From Nitrospirota bacterium (lineage in GTDB: Bacteria; Nitrospirota; UBA9217): DNA of 64,000 bases. Positions 35,093-45,703 of the stretch are shown here, piece by piece; position 1 is the first letter of the stretch; each line of letters starts with the position of its first letter. The stretch lies in NCBI GenBank assembly GCA_963737155.1, contig CAVTRN010000002.1:1920001-1984000 (forward strand). Reading direction: 5' to 3'. A program made the translations under genes and the position numbers. The notes under the pieces were generated by a model. The model was not told where the DNA came from and made no database searches. It worked only from the letters and a program-made list of their open reading frames with translations.

Positions 35093-36349
35093 TTATGCAG
35101 CCTCCTTGAACTGAAATGATGTCCTGGAGTAATCAAAAACACTATTATCTCGCACGATGGCAAATATGATCCGGAGAAGCTTGCGTGCGACAGCGATCAA
35201 GGCCTTGGTCCTTAGCATGCCCCGATCAAGGTATCTCTGATACTGATGTTCCATAACGCAACCCTGACGAACCATATTCATCGCGGCAAAATATAAGAGT
35301 TTCCGCATCAGGGGACGACCACGCTTGGAAATACGACGAGTCCCCCGGTATTTGCCGGAGCTGACTTCAAATAGATCCAGACCGGCGAGTTTCATAATTT
35401 CCCCGATGGTGCTGTACTTCCGAAAGTCGCCCACTTCACCAATGAGGCCAGCAGCGGTAACTTCACCGATTCCTTTGATCGAAAGAAGAGAATTGCTGTA
35501 GGGAATCTGTTTAAGATGATGACTCATTTCCTTTTCCAAACCTTCCGTAAACTTTTCAGAGGCTTCCATGGCAGCAAGAATTGCTTGGGTCTCGAGGAGG
35601 ATGCTTGCTTGGCCCTCAACCACGCCTATGGACGCTCCCGCTGCCTCGTAGAGTGCTTTGGCACAGTCTTCCTTCAGTCTTCCCCGGCTCACCTTTCTCA
35701 TTGTTCCGGTCAGATTATCAAGACCGTATGCGACAAGACTCTGAGGTGCCGGGCAGTGCTTCAATAAGTAGTGTGCGGTTGCAGTCTTTACATTTTTCAC
35801 CACTTGGAGAAACTCGGGGAAGATGATCGCAATCAAGCTCTGGAGTTGGTTCACCAACGCCGTATGGCGCTCCGTGCTCCTTTCCCTGGCCTGAGTAAGC
35901 CTTCGAAGCTCAGCAGCAGGCCCTTCCGGGATCACGACCGTAAGGGCACGGCCAAGCTCTATGATATCTGCGATTATCTTTGGGTCTTTCTGATCGGTTT
36001 TGTTCGGAGAATTACCCTGGAGCTCCTTGACTCTTTTGGTATGCATGGGATTCACTTGCACAAGTCGCACACCCCGTGCTTGCATAAAATGTACGAGAGC
36101 CTCTCCATACGGGCCGGTGGACTCATACCCAAAAACAATCTCATCAAGGCGATGAATCTCCTTTGCTCTTGATATCCGCTCCCAGAACTCCCAGCAGCCG
36201 GCTCCGTTATTTGGAAAGGAGAAGGGCTTCACGTCAGTCCCATCTGGGCAGCGTCAGTATCCAAAATGCTTGTCTTTGCTGATGTCTACCGTCACGATAA
36301 GAGCCTTCCCATTGACTATCTGTTGCTTTTTTGTTTTAATGATCTTCAA
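35093..36349 (-). pseudogene. IS110 (DEDD/Piv) recombinase with premature TGA at codon 32
   Basis: TTG start 36349 after GGAG; VTVDISKDKHFGY*RCPDG in frame with YESTG, KTDQKD, SIKGIG, SSGKY, SKRGRPLMR, AVARKL. Confidence 0.88.
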
Positions 36350-36569
36350 GGCTATACTCCTTTCTCTGATTTATTTACCAACTTGCCAGCTGGTTTTAAA
36401 TCAAGAAAGAGTATAGCCTTCTAACTAAACTTTTTCTACTCTTCTACAATATAGCAAGCTGTAGCAAACGATATAACATTCTTTGCAACAATGCAATTTT
36501 TAACCTGTATTCGATAACATCTTGTCTGAGAAATAGTTCCCCTCACTCAGAACCACACACGAAAATAAC

Positions 36570-36598
36570 TTGACATGTGTAACTTTAAGGGTTACACT
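36570..36598 (+). promoter_or_regulatory. sigma70 promoter with overlapping palindromic operator for higBA
   Basis: TTGACA-N17-TACACT; GTGTAAC-N7-GTTACAC at 36577-36597. Confidence 0.75.
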
Positions 36599-36605
36599 TC
36601 TATAG

Positions 36606-36884
36606 ATGATAATGGCCTTCACGCACAAGGGACTTGAAGACTTCTTTTTCGACGGAACGAAGAAGGGAATTCAGGCGTCTCACGCTCACAAGCTTGCGGA
36701 TATTTTGGATAGACTCGATGCCTCTCACCTTGTGGAGGACATGAGATATCCGGGTTCAGATCTGCATCAGCTAAAAGGACTGTTAAAAGGCTTTTGGGCT
36801 GTAAAGGTTTCCGGCAACTGGCGTGTTGTCTTTGCCTTTAAAGAAGGCAATGCCTATCAGGTAAGCTATCTCGATTATCATTAG
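36606..36884 (+). CDS. higB: HigB-type RelE/ParE toxin
   Basis: FTHKGLEDFF..G, LHQLKG, WAVKVSGNWRVVF, YLDYH. Confidence 0.92.
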   Translation: MIMAFTHKGLEDFFFDGTKKGIQASHAHKLADILDRLDASHLVEDMRYPGSDLHQLKGLLKGFWAVKVSGNWRVVFAFKEGNAYQVSYLDYH

Positions 36885-36896
36885 AAAGGTGAAAAC

Positions 36897-37190
36897 ATGA
36901 GAACGCGAAAGAGAATACCTACCCATCCGGGTGGCATATTGAGAAGGCAGTATATGGAGCCCTTATCCCTCACGGTTTCCGAGCTCGCCAAAACTCTCGG
37001 CGTGTCACGAAAGACTCTGTCGAAAATAGTAAACGAACACGGCGATGTGACGCCTGACATGGCACTTCGTCTCTCCAGGGCATTTAACACTACCCCGGAA
37101 CTTTGGATCAATCTTCAGCGCAATTATGACCTCTGGGAAGCCGCACACAAGTCGAATGACTGGAAGTTGGTTGAGGCGATAGCTATTTAG
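36897..37190 (+). CDS. higA: HigA antitoxin (XRE HTH)
   Basis: PTHPGGIL, VTPDMALRL, TPELWINLQ. Confidence 0.92.
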   Translation: MRTRKRIPTHPGGILRRQYMEPLSLTVSELAKTLGVSRKTLSKIVNEHGDVTPDMALRLSRAFNTTPELWINLQRNYDLWEAAHKSNDWKLVEAIAI

Positions 37191-38024
37191 CCGGGAGTTG
37201 GGTCACCGTTTCCTGCAATAACGAATTATCGGTATTTTAGGTACGGATTTTGTACCTAAAAGGATTTGGTGGATTGGAATGATATGAAATTACCTAGATT
37301 GAAAGGGGGCAGAAGCTTTTACTCCGAAAAAAGTATTGTGCCCTTGGTGTGAGAAAAACAAGGTATTAGAACCGCACTCTTTTGCCATATTAGGCGGTGG
37401 TGCTTTATTAATGAATAGGTAAGATGATTCAGGCGGACCTGATGACAAAATTGACGGTTTTCTTCACTTGTCTTGGCATGGCGCTCACGATGAAGGCCTT
37501 GGCAAAGACAAGGGATTGGTGCAAGTATTGAAATTTGTCGTGACCTTTATTTGTGTGCACGATGTCCTGTCCTTTATCACCTAATGCCTATTTAAATGAA
37601 TAACGTGGTTTCGGGGACCTGACCCGAGAACACAGGACTCTCAAGTCAGTTAATGTCTGCGTTAAAATATCCCCGCCACCTGAAATTCCAGCTTTACATT
37701 GACTTCATATTATACAGTGATAAACTTTACCTATATAGTAATCGTTTATATCCTTTAACAGTTACTCATCTTCATAATATATATATCTCTCTCTTAAAGC
37801 ATAAGCTAAGAGTATAATTCTGATCCTAAATACAGCTAAAGAGATCTGTATTCAGTCTTTGTTAACGGTTTACGGAGATGCACCGATTTAGAGAAGTGCT
37901 GCCGTTGTTGTAATCTGTATTAACTCTGTAGGCCATATATGAAGACACAAGTGCATGGTGCCTTGCTGAACCATTCGGAATGCGAGACACCCTATTCACG
38001 GCACTATGGATAAGGAGGAGCATT

Positions 38025-40433
38025 ATGAAACAGTACTACATGCATTTGACCGTCTTTTTTCTTGCTGTGACTCTTGTAGCTGTAGGGTATCCTGCTTCCG
38101 CGCAATCGAAGGTTCTATATAACTCTGACCCTCCCTTCGGACATAGCCTCGCTCAGCAGGTGACAGTCAAGGACGGGGCAGGAAAAAGCGAGATGTTCTA
38201 TGATCCTAAAGACCCCTATGCCATATTCATTAATTACGAGCTTGGGATGCACTGCGTGGGGTTTGATATTTCCTACTGCTGCGTGATTCCGCCTTACAAC
38301 AGCATCCAGGCGCAGGCGGTCAAAACAGGAGAACAGGGCCGGATGCCAAGTCTGCTCTCACCCGACGACGGGATAAGGCTTGTCTACTCAGTCGAGGACA
38401 ACAGCTACAGTGAAGGGAACAAAATGCGCTACTGGCAGGTGAGCAAGGACGTCTACGGAACGGGCAGGAGCAATGATCCTGGCGACACCATGGCGAATTA
38501 CGTCTGGACCCACCTTTTCATCTATAAGGATCTCGAGGGCACGATCCCCCCTGGCGTGACCGATGCACAGCGGCTCTTTGTGGGGAAGCAAATTCAGGTA
38601 CCCATCGACTCCGGACCGACGGGGAAAAATCTTTCCGGCGGCGATCTTAGCTACGCTGGCAGCGCGGGCAGCAACAAAGTTTTCACCGACTCTCTCATCC
38701 CCGAAGTCAAGAACATTCAATTGACGCTTACGGCATCGTACCTGTGGGATGCGCTTGGTCTTCCCCTAACCGCGTTTAACGACAGCAGGAGGAGAGGGAC
38801 CATACGCACCATATCAGATCTCGATTTCCAGCCCTACCAGCACTCCGTGGTCCGGTTGCAGGATAAGGACGGTAAACCAATTCTTGCCAAGGGAAAAACG
38901 GTCGAGTTCTTCGGCACAAACCCCATTGATATCCCTAACTGCTATGTGTGCCACTCGGGTGATGGCAAGGCGGCGAAATTGTCCCGGCAGGAAGGGTTGC
39001 CCCTTTTTGATAAGGAATACACCTACTGGAAGAAGAATTATTCCGATATGTCGGAATTCATGGCGCGGTCGTCGGCTGCGACCATCAACGTTCTTGAATT
39101 GCATGACCGGCATTACGGCACCGTATTCCTCAAGGATTACCGGTCCGATGCTTCCACGAACCGTCTCGGGTCCGTGGGCCCCGTGTACTGCGCTGATTGC
39201 CACGGCGACAACGTTTCCGGCAACCTGCAGTCCCCGCGGCCGACGGCAACGGGGTACAAAACGGTAAAAGCAAAGGCGCTGTCTGTTGCGATCCATGGAG
39301 TGCACGCCAAGTTTATCTCCATGCCCGATAAGGCGGGTAGAACGCAGAGCTGTCAGGCATGCCACCCGACTCATTGGCAGCCTGAGAAAATGAACAACCT
39401 GTCTGCAAACCCCTATGTCATCGTCGACATGGAAGGGAACCCGCGATTTTCGAACGCCGATGTACGTACAGCAGGCGGCGGGTGCTACCTGCGCCGCGAT
39501 GCCCATACGAACCCGAACGTGAAACCTCCCTTCTTCCTGAACAGCATCGGGAAATGGTATCTTCGTGAAGTAAGCATGAAAGACGAACTGGGGAAGCCAG
39601 TCAGGGGAAAAAGGGGCCTCTACTGTTCCAATTGCCATAATCAGCTGTCGCGCGAGCTGTACAACAATGATGATCTGCAGAATGCAGCCACCCAGGAAGG
39701 GGCTTCTCTCAGGAATAAAACCCTTGCTGAGGTCGTCACGACTGTGGCAAACGGAGATGAGAAAAAGTTCAGACAATACTATGCCGATCCTGTCGTGGGC
39801 GCGGAGGGGGACCCCCTTTACGCATATTACGGGAAACATACCGGCGCAACGCTCGTGAAGGCCTCAAAGGACAGCACAGGTAAGTTGCAACTTCTTCCCT
39901 GGAACGCAAAGGAGGGCGATGCTGTGCCTTATGATGGGGCTTCAGCAGGCCAGGATTGGTGGCTCGCGGCAGGGGAGCCGCACTGCGCCGACTGCCATAT
40001 TGCGCCTTTTGTCGAGAGCGAGGGAGGAGCTTATTTTCCCATCGACCAGCCAAACAAGTATTCTCTATATCGTTATTCGAAGGCGCATGGGAATTTTGCT
40101 TGCCAGTCATGTCACGAGTCGATTCATGGACTCTATCCGGTGCGCTTTGAAGGAGAGGATGGCACCGTGGACAGAACGACTCATCAGCAGGCTCTTCAAT
40201 TTAGTCCTGATGGGAAGTATGCCGGGCCGGTTACCTGCGGGGCATGCCACCGGGTGAATAAAAAAGGAGTGCCGATTCAGCTGAAAAATACGGCGTACTA
40301 TAACGATTACTGGGCATCGGTGGCGCTGCTCCATTTCATGCGGGCCGGAGACGAGAAGATACCGATCGCCAAGCTGATGGAAAAGTTCCCCTATCAGCAA
40401 ACCAGAAAGATCGTGCAAGAAGGATGGGAATAA
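38025..40433 (+). CDS. Exported multiheme c-type cytochrome (7 CxxCH)
   Basis: Signal peptide after AGGAGG/ATG 38025; CYVCH, CADCH, CQACH, CSNCH, CADCH, CQSCH, CGACH. Confidence 0.88.
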   Translation: MKQYYMHLTVFFLAVTLVAVGYPASAQSKVLYNSDPPFGHSLAQQVTVKDGAGKSEMFYDPKDPYAIFINYELGMHCVGFDISYCCVIPPYNSIQAQAVKTGEQGRMPSLLSPDDGIRLVYSVEDNSYSEGNKMRYWQVSKDVYGTGRSNDPGDTMANYVWTHLFIYKDLEGTIPPGVTDAQRLFVGKQIQVPIDSGPTGKNLSGGDLSYAGSAGSNKVFTDSLIPEVKNIQLTLTASYLWDALGLPLTAFNDSRRRGTIRTISDLDFQPYQHSVVRLQDKDGKPILAKGKTVEFFGTNPIDIPNCYVCHSGDGKAAKLSRQEGLPLFDKEYTYWKKNYSDMSEFMARSSAATINVLELHDRHYGTVFLKDYRSDASTNRLGSVGPVYCADCHGDNVSGNLQSPRPTATGYKTVKAKALSVAIHGVHAKFISMPDKAGRTQSCQACHPTHWQPEKMNNLSANPYVIVDMEGNPRFSNADVRTAGGGCYLRRDAHTNPNVKPPFFLNSIGKWYLREVSMKDELGKPVRGKRGLYCSNCHNQLSRELYNNDDLQNAATQEGASLRNKTLAEVVTTVANGDEKKFRQYYADPVVGAEGDPLYAYYGKHTGATLVKASKDSTGKLQLLPWNAKEGDAVPYDGASAGQDWWLAAGEPHCADCHIAPFVESEGGAYFPIDQPNKYSLYRYSKAHGNFACQSCHESIHGLYPVRFEGEDGTVDRTTHQQALQFSPDGKYAGPVTCGACHRVNKKGVPIQLKNTAYYNDYWASVALLHFMRAGDEKIPIAKLMEKFPYQQTRKIVQEGWE

Positions 40434-40546
40434 CATTCCGCCGGGCCGCGATACGTGCCCTGTTGTCGAGTGCGGGTTATTAAGAATGGCTGATGACTTC
40501 GAGAAGGAGAGGAAACATGTGTTGATGCAAGTCCAGGGTTTACTAA

Positions 40547-41645
40547 TACAAACACACTAGGTCATGTTACAAAGTCGTTTGATTTTATGCTTTGACCACG
40601 AATCGATCGTTTTCTGGACTGTATCCCAGATTGCATCAAGATTATCAAACCATCCGTTGGTGGTTGATTCATAGCGAATCTGTCGCCATATCCTTTCCTG
40701 CATATTCAAAGCAGGCTGATATGGAGGTAAGTACGCTATCCGGAGTCGTTCATGCTTTTTTAGAAACTCCCGGATCGGATCACCCCTATGCCAACGTGCT
40801 CGGTCAATATACAACCAAATAGTATAGCCACGAAGCCTGCTATACAGGTGCTGCAACACCTTGAGGAAGGCCTCTCGGTTGCCACGTTCCGTTTGGATCA
40901 CCCCTGCGCGCCCCAGAAGAGGCGCTACCCAGCCGGAAACATTCAAGTGTTTCTGATGCTGACTTGTTGTAGGGATATTCAACCGCTTTCCAATGAGCGC
41001 CCAACCACGACCAAGCCGAGGATGGAGGGTAAAACCGCTTTCGTCCTGAAAAACAACCGTTTCCCTAGGACCCAGCGTTTTGAGTTTTTTTTTGGCTCTT
41101 GGCGAACTTCTTCGCGTCTTCTGCCTTTGCCTGGAGATACACATGACTGGCCCGCTTTAACCGATACCCGAGTCGATGCATCCAATACTGGGCTTGACGG
41201 ACTCTCAACTTTATTCCGAACTGTCGCTGTAAGTGAGTCGCCAAGGTGGGGCCATCCCACCGGACACGGTTCAAACCGAACTTCTGGGGCGATTCCTCCA
41301 GATGATGTTCCAATTGAGCTGCGATCTTCGGCGTCATGCGTGCCGGACGTCCCGGCTGCCTTTTCGGGATCAGGGCGTCTACCCCATCCTTGTTTACCGC
41401 TCGTGTCCAGCGGTTTATGTTCATCCGGTTCTGGCCCAGAACCTCAGAAATCCAGCCAGGGCGTTGACCCTCCAAGACCAAAAGAAGAGTGGCGATCTTT
41501 ACGCCGACCCAAGCGCCTGGGATTCTCTCGGCCAGAGCCAAGAGCCGTTCTTTCGAAGCTTTATCAGGGTTCAACGGGAAGGTATTCATGCCTCCTAGTA
41601 TAGCACAATGCCAGCTAAATTGTAACAATATTTAGCGCGTTTGTA
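40547..41645 (-). mobile_element. IS630-family element, transposase split into two ORFs by a probable programmed frameshift
   Basis: Imperfect terminal IRs TACAAAC(A/G)C(A/G)CTA...TGTTACAA starting at TA; orfA 41589-41065 (HTH), orfB to 40557 (QDESGF, IDRARWH, LPPYQPALNMQE); A9 run at 41085-41093. Confidence 0.9.
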
Positions 41646-41890
41646 TAAATTAAGTACGCTTTTGATAAAATATTCAAAAGTTAATAACTTTATTATTAAT
41701 TCGAGACTTTAGACCGTACTTCGCCTCTCATTCTTTGACGGTGCTTGAAGCACTGATCCAACTCGAAAAGTCAGGACGCATAGCTTCCCTTCCCCCGATC
41801 CCCAAAAACTGTGTTTTCAAGGAAAGAGCACCTCTTGTTGAGGAAACCATTTCTTGAGAAATTCCCTCAAGGCTCTCACATGTCAATAGA

Positions 41891-42496
41891 TCACGATGTG
41901 GCATGAAGTATTTTTTTTACCATGGCGCGCTGTTTCTTGTGCTCATGCCGCTCCATTGCATAGAACATGATGCCGGCCAACACATAGGCGAGAGCAAGTA
42001 GCGCCCAGTGGTCCACATTTAGCAGCCCCGGCAGGGTGGATGTTCCCATATCGCCCGTTTTGTAAAAACCTTCAAGCTCGGGGTAGAAGGCGGAGAACAG
42101 CAGTGTCCCACTTCCCATACCGGCCATCGTAACCAACGCATCCAGCCTGCCTGACGCCAAGCCGACAACGGCTGTACCCGGGCAGTATCCGCTGACAAGG
42201 TACCCGAGTCCAAACAGGGCGCCTCCGACCAACTGGGGCCAGAGGAATGTAGGAATGATCCAAACCCTGCTCATGTCGAGGACCTTGAGATCGGATAAAA
42301 GGCAGAGCCCGGTTGCGGCCACCAGGATTGCGGAGAACATCATCTTGGGCACGGCAAAATCGGTTCGATAGAATACGCCAGTGAGCCTGTGGGGGTTGCC
42401 CATTCCTCCCCGTTCAAGGAAGAAGCCGAAGAACAGGCCGATGACTACGGCCATTGCAAGATTAACGGTATCGCTCAAGACAAGGGGTGTGCTCAT
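41891..42496 (-). CDS. YeeE/YedE-family sulfur-compound transporter subunit
   Basis: GLFFGFFLERGG, GYCPGT; start ATG 42496 overlapping the upstream stop. Confidence 0.88.
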   Translation of the reverse strand: MSTPLVLSDTVNLAMAVVIGLFFGFFLERGGMGNPHRLTGVFYRTDFAVPKMMFSAILVAATGLCLLSDLKVLDMSRVWIIPTFLWPQLVGGALFGLGYLVSGYCPGTAVVGLASGRLDALVTMAGMGSGTLLFSAFYPELEGFYKTGDMGTSTLPGLLNVDHWALLALAYVLAGIMFYAMERHEHKKQRAMVKKILHATS

Positions 42497-42999
42497 GACC
42501 ATAACCTCCTGAACAGCGCCGCGAACAGAAAACCACTCGTGAACATGGCAATCACAAAGACCCATCCGGACAGGGCGAACTGGGCGCCACCGGTCAGGGC
42601 AACGCCGCTTGTGCATCCGCGCGCGAGTCTGCTGGCAAACCCGAGGATAATGCCGCCGCCGAAAGATGTTATCACCCGAATCCCCATAGACATTGACGAT
42701 CCGCGGTCAAATCGAACCCTGAAACCGCGCGATATGAGCACGCCGATCAGCGCTCCGATCAGGACCCCGGTGACTTCGAGAAAGGTCCAGTCCTGAAAAG
42801 GAGGGCGCTCAAGATATTTCGACAGAGAGGTGAGGGTCGCCGTATATCCAGGGGCCAAGTTGTTTAGTGCCGTCCCTGCAGCCACTGTAAAGGCCCGTGA
42901 TGCACCGAGTCCCTGTCCCGCAATGATGAACGATGCGAGAAGCGTGAGCCCGAGACCGGCTCCCGCAAGATAGGGAGACCAGAAACCATGTTTATTCAT
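42493..42999 (-). CDS. YeeE/YedE-family sulfur-compound transporter subunit
   Basis: WSPYLAG, SRLARGCTSG; GGAGG RBS. Confidence 0.88.
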   Translation of the reverse strand: MNKHGFWSPYLAGAGLGLTLLASFIIAGQGLGASRAFTVAAGTALNNLAPGYTATLTSLSKYLERPPFQDWTFLEVTGVLIGALIGVLISRGFRVRFDRGSSMSMGIRVITSFGGGIILGFASRLARGCTSGVALTGGAQFALSGWVFVIAMFTSGFLFAALFRRLWS

Positions 43000-43475
43000 A
43001 ACCACCTCCGCGTTGAGGACTTAATAGCCGCCATCACAACGTTGGTTCTTATATTGTAAGACTCGTGCCCCGAGACACAGCGAAAACATCCGGAGGGAAA
43101 TCAAGAATTGCTCCCTTCTTCGTTTCTTGATCGAAAACACATGAGCCGTGCTTCGTGGTTATTTTGTTAGTAAACTTCTTACTTAAATTGTCGCGCCCGC
43201 TCTTTCCTTTGTCAAGAGTAAACTTATTACTCGACGGGGTGCAGCAATAAATCGTTGTGTCCATTAGCTGCGTGTGCATGTTTATTTACAAGCCGTAATC
43301 ATTGATAGTGTCAAATGGTGGAAAGTACAAGTTTGTAGGTGAAGAGTTGGACGCAATCCGATTATTACATACTCATCTATGGGTTGAAACATGCAACACC
43401 AAAACATGATTTTTTTGCCTAAATATTATTTGCGCGATAAATTTACCTGATTCACTGGTAAAAAAAAACCGAAAT

Positions 43476-43618
43476 TGGTGGATGATTTCAATCAGAATCA
43501 ACACTGGTAAAATTGAATCGGAATGATTGGAAGAAATCATTTGTAACGTGTGGTAGATTTACTGGATTGACCGGAAGGAATCACCCGGAATGAGTGGAAG
43601 GATTCATCGGAATGTGCA
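43476..43618. mobile_element. Orphan IS21-family end with internal repeats
   Basis: Repeated TGG/CGG-N(8-10)-CGGAAT units ending CGGAATGTGCA. Confidence 0.55.
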
Positions 43619-43638
43619 ATATGCGTGGTGGGTTCTCG

Positions 43639-44346
43639 GCCCGGCTCTGCACCATGAACCTGATGCTACACAGCATCGGGACCGATAAAGACCTTCCTAT
43701 CATCGTTTCGGACTCTCTTGTCGCCGATCCTGGAGACCGATTCGATATCGTGCTGACCAATCCTCCCTTCGGCAAGAAGAGCAGCACAACCATCGTAGCC
43801 GATAACGGTAAGATATCCAGGGAAACCGATTTCATCGAGCGCGAAGACTTCTGGGCCACGACATCGAACAAACAGCTTAATTTCATCCAGCATGTAAAAA
43901 CTCTTTTAAAGCAGAATGGCCGTACAGCAGTTGTTGTCCCGGATAACGTCTTGTTCGAAGGAGGAGCAGGGGAGACGGTCAGGCGAAAGCTCCTGCACGA
44001 GTGCGACGTGCACACGCTCCTGAGCCTGCCCACGGGTCTGTTCTACGCTCAGGGCGTTAAGGCGAACGCGCAGTTCTTCGACAAGAAACCGGCAAGCGAA
44101 ACGCCCTGGACAAAGATGCTCTGGATCTACGATCTCCGCACGAACATGCACTTCACGCTCAAAACCAACTCCCTCCAGCGCTCCGATCTTGACTAGTTCG
44201 TGAAATGCTTCAATCCCGGGAATCGCCATCAGCGCAACGCCACGAGGTCCGAAAAGAAACCCGAAGGCCGCTGGCGATCATACAACTACGATGAACTTGT
44301 TGCCCGAGACAAGGCAAGCCTCGACATCTTCTGGCTCGATCTCTAA
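43639..44346 (+). pseudogene. hsdM: Type I R-M methyltransferase (HsdM) C-terminal fragment
   Basis: RLCTMNLMLH, TNPPFG, VPDNVLFEGGAG; in-frame TAG at 44194 followed by homologous-looking sequence to DKASLDIFWL; N-terminus absent. Confidence 0.88.
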
Positions 44347-44688
44347 GGCAATAATCTAGGAATCTGGAAGGTTGTCGGAAGCTTCGAGGGATTTGTCCTT
44401 GTAAATGACCATATCATCATCAGCAGCATCAGATCAGATCAGCAGCAGCAGTGTAACCTTACCAATAAGTTTGCCGGATCTGGAAGCATAAGATTGCCGG
44501 AAAAGCCGCTTTAACGTGTTCCTTTATTATCATTTTTTCGATCACTGTGGAACCATAAGATTGCCGAAAGTGCAGAATGGAACCATAAGTCTGCCGAAAG
44601 TGCAGCAATTGAGAATTAATAATTTTAAATGACCGGGTAAATTATTTTAACTTGTAATATATCGAATATCGGCATATAGTATATATTA

Positions 44689-44979
44689 ATGATTCAGAAC
44701 ATTTCCAGCAAAACAGCGCAGGATGTATATGATGGAGTAAACAGTCGGAATGCTCGCAGGCTTCCACGGGAGCTACATGCTAAGGCACAACGGCTTCTCG
44801 ATCAATTGAATGCTGTCATTATTTTGGAGACTTTAAAAACCCCACCAGGAAACAAGCTGGAAAAAATGAAAGGCAACTTAGATGGGTACTGGAGTTTGAG
44901 GGTTAATGACCAGTGGCGAATCATCTTCCGATGGGAGAAAGGTGACGCTTTTGACGTGGATATTGTCGATTACCATTGA
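44689..44979 (+). CDS. higB: HigB-type toxin
   Basis: PPGNKLEKMKG, WSLRVNDQWRIIFRW, IVDYH. Confidence 0.92.
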   Translation: MIQNISSKTAQDVYDGVNSRNARRLPRELHAKAQRLLDQLNAVIILETLKTPPGNKLEKMKGNLDGYWSLRVNDQWRIIFRWEKGDAFDVDIVDYH

Positions 44980-44990
44980 GGAGAAATACT

Positions 44991-45281
44991 ATGCTGCCAA
45001 AGAAAAGACCACCTACACATCCGGGAGAGATGTTACTCAAGGAGTTTTTAGAACCAATGGGCATGACTCAAGTAGAGCTTGCCAAACATCTTGGTTGGAC
45101 CTGGGCTAGACTAAACGAAATTGTCAACGGCCGAAGAGGGATGTCCGCAAACTCAGCACTCACTCTCGGAGAGGCTTTCGGCACAGGTCCTGAGTTCTGG
45201 CTTAACCTTCAGCGGGATTGGGATCTGTGGCAGGCACTGCGGAAACATAAACCCGTAATGGCGCTGAAGAAAGCAAGTTGA
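44991..45281 (+). CDS. higA: HigA antitoxin
   Basis: RPPTHPGEMLLKEFLEPMG, GTGPEFWLNLQ; ATG 44991 after GAGGAG. Confidence 0.92.
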   Translation: MLPKKRPPTHPGEMLLKEFLEPMGMTQVELAKHLGWTWARLNEIVNGRRGMSANSALTLGEAFGTGPEFWLNLQRDWDLWQALRKHKPVMALKKAS

Positions 45282-45675
45282 GATTTGTGAAAAATAAAGT
45301 TAATTCACCGTTAGAGCTAATCGTTGGCTTATCCAATAATGGTTCAATAAAAGGATCGTCAATAGGAGGAACTACTAGTTATTACGAATTTACAGCTGCA
45401 ACATCAATTGGTGATCATAATAGGTAAACTTACAATACTCGTGCTCAATCGCATTTCCGCTCAATTTTCTGGAAGTATAAGCTTGCCGCTATCGTTTTCG
45501 ATTATTGCAATTAAAGTTATTTCAAGCCCTTACAACTTACCCTGAGCGAACACATACTAATTGGAAGCAAAAGTCTGCCGGAGGGGATTGGAACCATAAG
45601 CCTGCCGCAGCGGCAAACTTATGGTTCTAGTCACAAGCAGCAGCAAAACAGGATTGAAAGCATAAACCTGTCGTA

Positions 45676-45703
45676 ATTTGACATAATATACATTATCAGA
45701 CAT
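45676..45703 (-). other. dif: XerC/XerD dif recombination site
   Basis: Minus strand ATGTCTGATAA-TGTATA-TTATGTCAAAT versus E. coli GGTGCGCATAA-TGTATA-TTATGTTAAAT; coding-strand bias flips here. Confidence 0.88.

Larger units (their letters stand above)
34782..36453 (-). mobile_element. IS110-family insertion sequence (boundaries tentative)
   Basis: Recombinase gene, structured 3' non-coding end, TATA at both putative junctions (34782-34785, 36450-36453). Confidence 0.7.

Noticed and set aside
38814-39839. 341-aa antisense ORF, and similar ORFs such as 40788-41603 and those inside the MCP repeats
   Set aside because: Shadow frames of well-supported genes on the opposite strand
36254-44196. 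Sec/Pyl recoding of in-frame TGA (36254) and TAG (44194)
   Set aside because: Both lie in mobile or truncated genes at apparently non-catalytic positions, other genes here end normally at TGA and TAG, and no SECIS-like hairpin was recognised
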